DNA from: a virus
IMG/VR virus record: IMGVR_UViG_3300045988_187455
Location: 1 to 37,829 of that record
DNA length: 37,829 nt
Direction: 5' to 3' (one strand)
This document shows positions 8,727 to 16,006 of the stretch, one piece after another. Below the pieces are notes generated by a model. That model worked only from the letters and a program-made list of their open reading frames with translations. It was not told the DNA's origin and made no database searches. Both the position numbers and the translations under genes were made by a program. Positions within the stretch are counted from its first letter, which is position 1, and each line of letters begins with the position of its first letter.

Positions 8727-9231
8727 TGATGTTGAATTAATTAAAGAAATGTTACAAATGCAAGCTAAACTCGATAAAGCAATCATGGATGAGTATGGAT
8801 TAGACAAGATTGATGAAGAGAAGTTATGTTTTGCTATTCTAGATGAAGTCGGTGAATTGACTCATGAATTAAAAGGAAACTGGTGTTGGTGGAAGAAAAC
8901 GCAAGCTCCTGTTGATGATAATAAGGTGCTAGGTGAATTAGTTGATATTTGGCATTTCGTATTAAGCTGGCAGAATCATTTCAATCACGGAGAAAAAGGG
9001 ATTGAAAATACTTGTATGGTTAAAAGAAATTCAAAAAATATATTAAACCTTATGAGAAATCACGAGTTTGGGTTAACGGTAGCTTTTTCTGATTTAGTTT
9101 CATGGAAATGGAACAAGTTGGAAAGATTAACCGCAATAACTGAATACCTAGGTTTCACGATTGAGCGTGTTTATGAAGCTTATTGTAGCAAGAACAAAAT
9201 CAACTATCAGAGATTGAAGGAGTGGTATTAA
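8716..9231 (+). CDS. Dimeric dUTPase / MazG-like nucleotide pyrophosphohydrolase (tentative)
   Basis: All-helical; EVGELTHELKGNWCWWKK..ELVDIWHFVLSW pattern. Confidence 0.5.
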   Translation: MKNSDVELIKEMLQMQAKLDKAIMDEYGLDKIDEEKLCFAILDEVGELTHELKGNWCWWKKTQAPVDDNKVLGELVDIWHFVLSWQNHFNHGEKGIENTCMVKRNSKNILNLMRNHEFGLTVAFSDLVSWKWNKLERLTAITEYLGFTIERVYEAYCSKNKINYQRLKEWY

Positions 9232-9494
9232 TGTGGATTAGAAGTCAAAACAGAAAGATTTTAACAGAGATTCATGATGTAGAAATTGATAGTGTTAATC
9301 AAATATGGGGTAGTGGGTCTTTTGTCGGCGAATATTCAACCGAAGAAAAAGCTTTAAAAGTTTTAGATGAGATTCAAGCAATTGTTGAAAGCAAGCAGTT
9401 TTGTGTGGTTGATAATGTAGATTTTGGAAATTACGTACTGCATAATGGTGTTCAAGTTTATCAAATGCCACAAGATTGGGAGGTAGAAATATGA
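9231..9494 (+). CDS. Hypothetical protein
   Basis: AAGGAG + 8 nt + ATG 9231 (TAATG overlap). Confidence 0.65.
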   Translation: MWIRSQNRKILTEIHDVEIDSVNQIWGSGSFVGEYSTEEKALKVLDEIQAIVESKQFCVVDNVDFGNYVLHNGVQVYQMPQDWEVEI

Positions 9495-9742
9495 TTCCAA
9501 AAGAGATAAGAGAAAAAGTCGAGTTAGTAATAAAGTTTAGTGATGAAATAATTGAGTATCTTAGACGTGAATATAATTTTAAAGATGATTTTGATTATTT
9601 AGATATTGTTAACGAACCGGGTGGAAAAAAGTTACAAGATGGCAGTTATGAATTTTGGTACAATGACTATTATGACATTGTGTACTATAGATATTATCCA
9701 ATGGACAATGGTAAATATTTAGAAATTATGTACAGAAAGTAG
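9491..9742 (+). CDS. Hypothetical protein
   Basis: GGAGGTAGAAAT ATG 9491. Confidence 0.65.
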   Translation: MIPKEIREKVELVIKFSDEIIEYLRREYNFKDDFDYLDIVNEPGGKKLQDGSYEFWYNDYYDIVYYRYYPMDNGKYLEIMYRK

Positions 9743-9752
9743 TAGAGATAAT

Positions 9753-9986
9753 ATGACAGAAAAAGAATTATTAGAAAAAAACAGATTCACAAAAGAAGAA
9801 TATGAAAAAATGATTAATGAGCAATGGAATCAAATGTTTGAGAATGATGTAAAAAAAGAACAAGAAGAAATTGAGAAGAAACTGAAAAAAAAGCAAAACG
9901 CAAGTTTGAGGAAACTAAAGAAAGCGTTACAAAACAAAAAAGAAGTTGATGAATTTGTTAAGAAATTAAAGGAGCAAGAACAATGA
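9753..9986 (+). CDS. Lys/Glu-rich coiled-coil protein
   Basis: 77-aa charged ORF. Confidence 0.6.
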   Translation: MTEKELLEKNRFTKEEYEKMINEQWNQMFENDVKKEQEEIEKKLKKKQNASLRKLKKALQNKKEVDEFVKKLKEQEQ

Positions 9987-10216
9987 TTGAAGAAAGAATT
10001 GATAAGTTGATTAAAACGTATCAAGGATATATTGATGAGAATCAAAAATTAATTGAAATTAATAACACCATATTACTATACCGATTAAAGCAAGAGTATG
10101 AATATTACATTGAACTTAGTGCAAGAAAAATTGAAGAATTACGAAAAGAAAATGAACTTTTCAGAACATTTATTGAATCGTTAAAATATGCAAAGACAGG
10201 AGAAAGAAAATGTTAG
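9983..10216 (+). CDS. Hypothetical protein (MIEERID family, copy 1)
   Basis: ATGA overlap; N-terminus paralogous to 11838 ORF. Confidence 0.65.
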   Translation: MIEERIDKLIKTYQGYIDENQKLIEINNTILLYRLKQEYEYYIELSARKIEELRKENELFRTFIESLKYAKTGERKC

Positions 10217-10461
10217 AAGTTAAAAAACTGAAAAATTTTATGAAAGAAAGAGGCATACAGGAAGGTGAACAGTTTGCAATGTTGCCTCTTACAAATTGGT
10301 ATATGTTTGATGATTGTTTTGGACAAATTATTGGATTGTTTGATGGGCAGGAGTTAAACGAGAATTACATTGTCTTAACAGACCGTCCATTTAAGCTAAA
10401 ATTTGAAGATATTTTAGAGAAATATCATTTTGAAAATGGAGAGGTTGTAGAAAATGATTAG
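10210..10461 (+). CDS. Hypothetical protein
   Basis: AGGAGAAAGAAA ATG; overlaps neighbours. Confidence 0.65.
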   Translation: MLEVKKLKNFMKERGIQEGEQFAMLPLTNWYMFDDCFGQIIGLFDGQELNENYIVLTDRPFKLKFEDILEKYHFENGEVVEND

Positions 10462-10714
10462 ATTACAAAACAATTATGCAATCACTTCTAGCAGTGGTTC
10501 ATTCACCCTTGTAACATTTGTAAAGGGTAAAGATAAAGAAGGAAATGAGATAGACGTACAAAAGCCTATCTCTTACCATACGACGCTAGAATCGGCTTTA
10601 CAGAGCTATTCTAACAATCGTATAGCGGATTTAGTTAGCAACTTTGATATGGATTTAAAGGATGTTAAGAAAGCTATTGACGAATTAAAAAAGGAGATAA
10701 AGGAATATGAATAA
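10454..10714 (+). CDS. Hypothetical protein
   Basis: Overlapping start/stop with neighbours. Confidence 0.65.
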   Translation: MIRLQNNYAITSSSGSFTLVTFVKGKDKEGNEIDVQKPISYHTTLESALQSYSNNRIADLVSNFDMDLKDVKKAIDELKKEIKEYE

Positions 10715-10889
10715 CAAGCGTGAGAAACAATGGGAAGAATTAAGAAAAAAGAATCCAAAATTAGCAGTGGAGTATTCAAGAATTTACATCACTATGGATA
10801 AAGCTCAAAAACATTTTAATAATTTTAAAAAAGAATGTAACGATTGGCTAGATAACATTTATAAGTTGGAGATGGAACAACATGAATAA
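10707..10889 (+). CDS. Hypothetical protein
   Basis: 60-aa ORF, overlapping junctions. Confidence 0.55.
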   Translation: MNNKREKQWEELRKKNPKLAVEYSRIYITMDKAQKHFNNFKKECNDWLDNIYKLEMEQHE

Positions 10890-11196
10890 ATATCAAGAAG
10901 CATTAGATAGAATTGTGAACACAATCATGGATGAAGAAGCAGACGGATATTGGGAACCAAGAACCGCAGGAGATTACTGTTGGAAATCAAGAAACATTTT
11001 GCAAGAATTAGTTGATAAAGAAACGCCTAAAAAGCCGGTAGAAATACAAGATGATATTTTTGGAGATTACCATCTAGTGTGTCCAAATTGTGGACAAGGT
11101 GCAATTGTTATTGCTACAAGAAATGATGGAAAATTGTATCCACGTTGTCCATTCTGTGGGCAGAGATTAATAGGGGAAGATAAAGATGAATGCTAG
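10882..11196 (+). CDS. Zinc-ribbon protein
   Basis: CPNCG..(17)..CPFCGQRLIGEDKDE; C-terminus paralogous to the end of 12784-13206. Confidence 0.65.
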   Translation: MNKYQEALDRIVNTIMDEEADGYWEPRTAGDYCWKSRNILQELVDKETPKKPVEIQDDIFGDYHLVCPNCGQGAIVIATRNDGKLYPRCPFCGQRLIGEDKDEC

Positions 11197-11413
11197 AGAA
11201 ATGTTTAAAGAATTAGGCTATGAATGCAAACATATTAAACAATGCATTTATTATAGAAAGATTGATTATTCTTTTATGAGGGTGGTTGCAGAAATCAAGT
11301 TTGATTTGAAAAAGCGAATTTATTATTGCAATTGTGGTATGGCAATTAGAATCCCAAATAAAAAAGAACAAAAAGCAATCCAAAAGCAATGCGAAGAATT
11401 GGGGTGGATTTAA
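11186..11413 (+). CDS. MFKELGY-family small protein, copy 1
   Basis: MNAREMFKELGYEC...KAIQKQCEELGWI. Confidence 0.65.
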   Translation: MNAREMFKELGYECKHIKQCIYYRKIDYSFMRVVAEIKFDLKKRIYYCNCGMAIRIPNKKEQKAIQKQCEELGWI

Positions 11414-11827
11414 ATGGAAATTAAAGAAGGAAGATTAGGATTGGTCGAAGGTAAAGCAGTAGCATTTGACTTTGATGGAGTAATTCACAAATATCGTGAA
11501 GGTTGGAAAGATGGAAGCATTTATGATGAAGCTAACAAAGATGTTATCGAGTTGATGTTGCTTCTAAAATTATCAGGTATTCCTATTGTGATTATTTCAA
11601 CACGTGAACCCCAACAAATTAAAGAGTGGTGGGATAAACAAGGATTTGTATTAGAAGCCAAAGTGTTAGGTAAGAAAAAAATGTTTCACAAAACTTGTGA
11701 TTATGTAGGTATCACGAATCGTAAAATTCCTGCTCAATTATATATTGATGATAGAGCTTATAAATATGAAGGTCAGACCGCAAAACAAGTTATTAAAGAC
11801 TTGACTGTTTTCACAGAATTAAATTAG
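11414..11827 (+). CDS. HAD-superfamily phosphatase-like protein
   Basis: DxDGV motif (VAFDFDGVIH), IVIISTR, YIDDRA. Confidence 0.55.
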   Translation: MEIKEGRLGLVEGKAVAFDFDGVIHKYREGWKDGSIYDEANKDVIELMLLLKLSGIPIVIISTREPQQIKEWWDKQGFVLEAKVLGKKKMFHKTCDYVGITNRKIPAQLYIDDRAYKYEGQTAKQVIKDLTVFTELN

Positions 11828-11837
11828 GAGAAAGAAA

Positions 11838-12329
11838 ATGATTGAAGATAGAATTGATACATTAATTGAGATGTTCCAATGTCAAATTAATGGTGCAAAC
11901 GAATGTCTAAAAGAAGATATCAGAGCTTTAATTAAAGCTGAGCAAGACGAATTTCACTTTTATGCAGATAAGAAAAATTATCTTAGTGGTTTAACGAAAG
12001 AAATCAATGATACTGAGCAAAAGGTTAATATGATAAAAGAGTTTTTAGGTCATCTTAAACGGATTAAGCAAAAATGCACAACAAGTAAATGGATTCCGTT
12101 TACTTTTGATGAAGAAGGTATACTTAATTGTGAATTACCCGATATTGGTGAACGTATACTCGTATCTGATACAGAAGCTATGTATGATGATGAAAGTATT
12201 TGGATTGATTCATGGGATTCGCCGGATTGCGGTATTTATGAACTTGAAAGCGGTGAAGATTTAAAAGGATTAGCTTGGATGCCACTGCCTAATCCATATA
12301 AGGGAAATCAAAATGAAAATAACTGCTAA
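11838..12329 (+). CDS. Hypothetical protein (MIEDRID family, copy 2, extended)
   Basis: N-terminus MIEDRIDTLIEMFQ parallels 9983 ORF. Confidence 0.65.
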   Translation: MIEDRIDTLIEMFQCQINGANECLKEDIRALIKAEQDEFHFYADKKNYLSGLTKEINDTEQKVNMIKEFLGHLKRIKQKCTTSKWIPFTFDEEGILNCELPDIGERILVSDTEAMYDDESIWIDSWDSPDCGIYELESGEDLKGLAWMPLPNPYKGNQNENNC

Positions 12330-12582
12330 AGGTATGTTCAAAAGATTAGGCTATCAAAAAGAAAGAATACTAAACGAACGTTTTATTTCATATAAAAAGC
12401 CTAACGGAACTAGTTTCTGTTATATTCAGTTCGATTTAAAGGAAAAAACTTATAACGCTCATTACTTTGACTCAAAAGGATGTCATCCTCAAATTTTAAG
12501 TGCCAAAGAGATATTAGCTATTCAAAAACAAATTGAAGAATTGGGAGGTGAATTTACTTATGAATGCAAAACAGATGTTTGA
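12313..12582 (+). CDS. MFKELGY-family small protein, copy 2
   Basis: GMFKRLGYQK...LAIQKQIEELGG then a 12-aa extension. Confidence 0.6.
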   Translation: MKITAKGMFKRLGYQKERILNERFISYKKPNGTSFCYIQFDLKEKTYNAHYFDSKGCHPQILSAKEILAIQKQIEELGGEFTYECKTDV

Positions 12583-12787
12583 AAAGCTAGGGTATAAAAA
12601 ATGTGCTTTTGGCGATTGTATTTTCTATGAAAAAGGAAGTATTATGCCTCACATAATTCAATTTAATTTAAAAGATAAAATTTTTTATTCGTATATGGAA
12701 TGTGGAATGGCAAATTCAATAAAAATTTTAACTGCAAATGAGTTAAAAGCGGTTCAACAACAGATGAATGAATTGGGGTGGTCATGA
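12560..12787 (+). CDS. MFKELGY-family small protein, copy 3
   Basis: GGAGGTG + 9 nt + ATG 12560; MNAKQMFEKLGYKK...KAVQQQMNELGWS. Confidence 0.65.
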   Translation: MNAKQMFEKLGYKKCAFGDCIFYEKGSIMPHIIQFNLKDKIFYSYMECGMANSIKILTANELKAVQQQMNELGWS

Positions 12788-13206
12788 TGAGTGCTAAGGA
12801 AATGTTTGAAAAATTAGGATATGAATGTTATGAGTGTGAGAGTACAATTCAATATTTAGCAAACTATGAAATTGTAAGTAAATCAAAAGAGATTACATTT
12901 CTTTTGTTATCGCATTCGTTCTATGCACAACATTATTTCAATCCGTTAAATGTTACTGTTGATGAATTTAAAGCCATTCAACAACAATTAAAGGAATTAG
13001 GATGGTTAGAAGAAGAAACTTGCACCAACAAATCAGAATTTGATTCAATTGATGAATTTGAATGTTCTAATTGTGGAATTGTATTGAGTGAGTATCAACA
13101 AATTGAAATTGATGAAGATGATGGAAAAAGGTTCTTTTGCGATTACAGACCTAAGTATTGTCCAAATTGTGGAAGAAAGATTATAGAGGAAAATGAAGAT
13201 GAATGA
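12784..13206 (+). CDS. MFKELGY-family domain fused to C-terminal zinc ribbon, copy 4
   Basis: MMSAKEMFEKLGYEC...KAIQQQLKELGW then CSNCG...CPNCGRKIIEENEDE. Confidence 0.65.
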   Translation: MMSAKEMFEKLGYECYECESTIQYLANYEIVSKSKEITFLLLSHSFYAQHYFNPLNVTVDEFKAIQQQLKELGWLEEETCTNKSEFDSIDEFECSNCGIVLSEYQQIEIDEDDGKRFFCDYRPKYCPNCGRKIIEENEDE

Positions 13207-13480
13207 CATTAAAATACCTTCAATTGAATTTGTTCGATTAAAAAAAGGAATAACAGAAAACGAATTATATAATTACATGGTAGAAGAAGATGATGATTAT
13301 TGTAATTATTTAGTTTATCTGAGATATAAATATGACTTTGAAAAAGAATGGGATTATTCGGTTCAATGCGTATCAATAGATTGTTGCGAAGAATGTTTAA
13401 ATTGGTTAGATGATTGGTATGAAGGTCAACAAAATGTTGAGTATTTGGCTATTAGTAAATTAGGAGGAGAAAAAGAATGA
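13193..13480 (+). CDS. Hypothetical acidic Cys-containing protein
   Basis: ATG 13193 or 13199; overlaps neighbours. Confidence 0.6.
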   Translation: MKMNDIKIPSIEFVRLKKGITENELYNYMVEEDDDYCNYLVYLRYKYDFEKEWDYSVQCVSIDCCEECLNWLDDWYEGQQNVEYLAISKLGGEKE

Positions 13481-13962
13481 GTATAAATGTAGCAATTATT
13501 TGTGGGCACTTAACTAAAGATGTCGAACTATCAAAAACACAAAATGGAAATAGCGTAGCAAAGTTCACGGTAGCAGTAAATGGATACAATGATACTACAG
13601 ATTTTATTAATTGTGTGGCATGGAACAAGCTCGCAGATATTGTAAATATGTATTGCAAGAAAGGTGATTTAGTTACGGTTGAAGGAAGAATCAGTGTAAG
13701 AAATTATGAGAATCAACAAGGGCAGAAAGTGTATATCACTGAGGTAGTAGCTAGTAACGTGCAATTACCACCTAAAAACGCTTCTAATGGGCAAAATTAC
13801 AATCCTAATGTAAATACATATCAACAACCTAACCAAGCAAATAACAACACTTACGGCGTTAAAAACACATATACGCAACCTAGCTTAACACAACAAATTG
13901 CACAACAAGAATATAATGATGGAAGTGATTTAGATATTGCTTCAGACGATTTACCATTTTAG
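13477..13962 (+). CDS. ssb: Single-stranded DNA-binding protein
   Basis: OB-fold N-terminus (NVAIICGHLTKDVEL..FTVAVN..FINCVAWNKLA), Q/N-rich linker, acidic tail DDLPF. Confidence 0.9.
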   Translation: MSINVAIICGHLTKDVELSKTQNGNSVAKFTVAVNGYNDTTDFINCVAWNKLADIVNMYCKKGDLVTVEGRISVRNYENQQGQKVYITEVVASNVQLPPKNASNGQNYNPNVNTYQQPNQANNNTYGVKNTYTQPSLTQQIAQQEYNDGSDLDIASDDLPF

Positions 13963-13980
13963 GAGGTGGCACTAATAGAA

Positions 13981-14169
13981 ATGAATTATGAAGAAAGGAT
14001 TAAAGAGTTAATTTCTAAGAATGACAGATTAGGAATGGCGAACATTGAGCTTAGTCAGACTTTAAAAGAAAGAAATGCAACAATTCATAATCAAACACAC
14101 GAGATTAATAGGCTAAAAAATAAAGTTGGCGAATTAGAAAATAGATTAATGAGGATGTATACGTCATGA
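13981..14169 (+). CDS. Coiled-coil hypothetical protein
   Basis: ATG 13981; alternatively ATA 13975, which sits 6 nt after GGAGGTG (ambiguous). Confidence 0.55.
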   Translation: MNYEERIKELISKNDRLGMANIELSQTLKERNATIHNQTHEINRLKNKVGELENRLMRMYTS

Positions 14170-14492
14170 GTACATATGAAGAAGTTAAAAAACATTTTCT
14201 ATGCGAATGTCAATCTTATACATACTATGAGCAAAAGATAGCAGAGCTACAAAGGGATGAAGCAATTTATCCATTAAAAGCCGAGCTATTCTTGGCTCAT
14301 GCAGATTATGCAAGAAGAATGAATTATGTAAAAGACAAATTAAGCCAACTTGATGATACGACTCGAGCCATGATTGAGTATAGATATATAAAGGGATTCA
14401 GTGCAGAAAAGACATCTAATATTGTAGGTTATGCACGAGAAGAGATTCCAAGAAAAATAAATAAGAACTTGAAGAAAGTGCTCACAATGTGA
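14166..14492 (+). CDS. Late-gene transcriptional regulator (sigma-70 region 4 / ArpU-RinA-like)
   Basis: C-terminal LDDTTRAMIEYRYIKGFSAEKTSNIVGYAREEIPRKINKNLKK HTH; position just upstream of the packaging genes. Confidence 0.6.
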   Translation: MSTYEEVKKHFLCECQSYTYYEQKIAELQRDEAIYPLKAELFLAHADYARRMNYVKDKLSQLDDTTRAMIEYRYIKGFSAEKTSNIVGYAREEIPRKINKNLKKVLTM

Positions 14493-14501
14493 GCATTTTT
14501 T
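14480..14501 (+). terminator. Rho-independent terminator ending the early/middle operon
   Basis: GCTCAC-AAT-GTGAGC hairpin followed by ATTTTTT. Confidence 0.6.
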
Positions 14502-14503
14502 CA

Positions 14504-14512
14504 TGTAATAAT
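14504..14512 (+). promoter_or_regulatory. Extended -10 promoter element (TGtAATAAT) for the tRNA-like gene
   Basis: TGnAATAAT ends 6 nt before position 14519, the predicted mature 5' end. Confidence 0.4.
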
Positions 14513-14518
14513 TGTTTT

Positions 14519-14594
14519 AGCAGGATAGAGCAGTAGTAGCTCACTAGTCTTATTAGCTAGAGGTCGAACGGTGCAATTCCTTCTCCTGCAACCA
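14519..14594 (+). tRNA. tRNA-like gene, anticodon UAU (reads AUA), initiator-like features, encoded CCA
   Basis: Manual cloverleaf: AGCAGGA/TCCTGCA acceptor with A1xA72 mismatch, GAGC-AGTAGTA-GCTC D arm, CTAGT-CTTATTA-GCTAG anticodon arm, AGGTC variable loop, GAA(C)GG-TGCAATT-CCTTC T arm with one bulge, A73, CCA. Confidence 0.55.
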
Positions 14595-14676
14595 TGATTA
14601 CAAAGCCTATCAGTAAGTCCTTCCCAAATTAGATATTAAATACCAACAATGGCATACAATTAGGCTTTGATATATT

Positions 14677-14701
14677 ACCGAGCATTTGTCTCGGTTCTTT
14701 T
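14677..14701 (+). terminator. Rho-independent terminator after the tRNA-like unit
   Basis: ACCGAG-CATTTGT-CTCGGT followed by TCTTTT. Confidence 0.6.
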
Positions 14702-14728
14702 AATAATAAGGAGGAGAATGAGGAATAA

Positions 14729-15232
14729 ATGGAGATTATTAAATTAAATATCAATGACATTACACCTTATGAAAAGAATGCAAAGATTCATACTGAAGCA
14801 CAAATTGAGCAAATTAAGAAATCTATTCAAGAATTCGGAATGAATGACCCAATCGCCGTATGGGGTAAAAACAATACCATAGTTGAAGGGCATGGGCGTT
14901 TAGAAGCCTTAAAGCAATTAGGCTATACAGAAGTTGACTGTATCAGACTAGACCATTTGACAGATGAAGAAAGAAAAGCCTATACGCTTGCACATAACAA
15001 AATCAACATGAATACAGGATTCGACATTGATTTGTTAGATGAAGAATTAGACAGTATCGAAGATATTGATATGTCTGATTTTGGATTTACCGAGCAAGAT
15101 ATTGATTGGGATAATGTAGAAGATTTAAGTGATGATTCTTATGAAGAGCCTCAACATGAAATGTGGAAATGCCCTCAGTGTGGACACGTAGATAGAAAAG
15201 AACACTTTAAAGGAGTTCGTGACAATGAATAA
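14729..15232 (+). CDS. ParB N-terminal (ParB/Srx nuclease-like) domain protein with C-terminal zinc ribbon
   Basis: ITPYEKNAKIHTEAQIEQIKKSIQEFGMNDPIAVW..IVEGHGRLEALKQLG; acidic linker; CPQCGH. Confidence 0.75.
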   Translation: MEIIKLNINDITPYEKNAKIHTEAQIEQIKKSIQEFGMNDPIAVWGKNNTIVEGHGRLEALKQLGYTEVDCIRLDHLTDEERKAYTLAHNKINMNTGFDIDLLDEELDSIEDIDMSDFGFTEQDIDWDNVEDLSDDSYEEPQHEMWKCPQCGHVDRKEHFKGVRDNE

Positions 15233-15244
15233 AACTACACCTAA

Positions 15245-16006
15245 TTGAAAATATTTCTAAGCGCATTAGAGGTGCAACGAGGTAAGAAATCATTATGTAG
15301 AATCTTAGTCGAGCAAGGCATTCAAATGAAATATAACCTTATGTCTTATTACTACCTAAGAAAGAATTTAAATGACGCATATTTCATAAAAGAGAACAGT
15401 CAATTAGTAATTATAGACAGTGGAGCACATAGTTTCCAAAAGGGTACAAAAGTTGATTGGGTAGAATATACCAAGCAATACGCAGAATTTATCAAAGAAT
15501 TTGATGAGGACAAGGTTGTAGGATATTTTGAAATGGATGTAGACAACATCTTAGGTTATGAAAAGGTATTAGAGTTAAGAAAAATATTAGAATCTGTATC
15601 AGATAAGATTATTCCTGTATGGCATAAGAATAGAGGAATACAAGACTTCAAAGATATGTGTAAGAAATATCAAGGTAAGGTTGTAGCAATTACAGGATTC
15701 AAGAATGAAGATATTAAAGATGAACAATACATTATGTTTTTGAAATATGCAAAGAAATATAATTGCAAGGTTCATTGCCTTGGTATGACAAGAAAAAAGA
15801 TATTAGATAAAGTTCCATTTGATTATTGTGATTCTAGTTCATGGGTACAACAATCAGTTTATGGGCGTATCAATGGGGTGGGCAAAGTATCAAGAGAAAT
15901 GTCAAGGACAAATAGAGAACAAGTAATGATAGAGAATTATAAGCAATTTATGCAAATGCAAGAAAAATATGAACAAAAATGGAGGAACGTGAATAAACAG
16001 AAATAA
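15245..16006 (+). CDS. TGT-superfamily DpdA-like 7-deazaguanine DNA transglycosylase (tentative)
   Basis: IIDSGAHSF, KVHCLGMT, FDYCDSSSW motifs recalled as DpdA/TGT-like; TTG start directly after a stop with no SD; see start anomaly finding. Confidence 0.5.
   Translation: MKIFLSALEVQRGKKSLCRILVEQGIQMKYNLMSYYYLRKNLNDAYFIKENSQLVIIDSGAHSFQKGTKVDWVEYTKQYAEFIKEFDEDKVVGYFEMDVDNILGYEKVLELRKILESVSDKIIPVWHKNRGIQDFKDMCKKYQGKVVAITGFKNEDIKDEQYIMFLKYAKKYNCKVHCLGMTRKKILDKVPFDYCDSSSWVQQSVYGRINGVGKVSREMSRTNREQVMIENYKQFMQMQEKYEQKWRNVNKQK

Noticed and set aside
14594-14632. 12-codon ORF (MITKPISKSFPN) starting at the tRNA 3' end
   Set aside because: It has no SD, is very short, and lies within the structured trailer of the tRNA-like unit.
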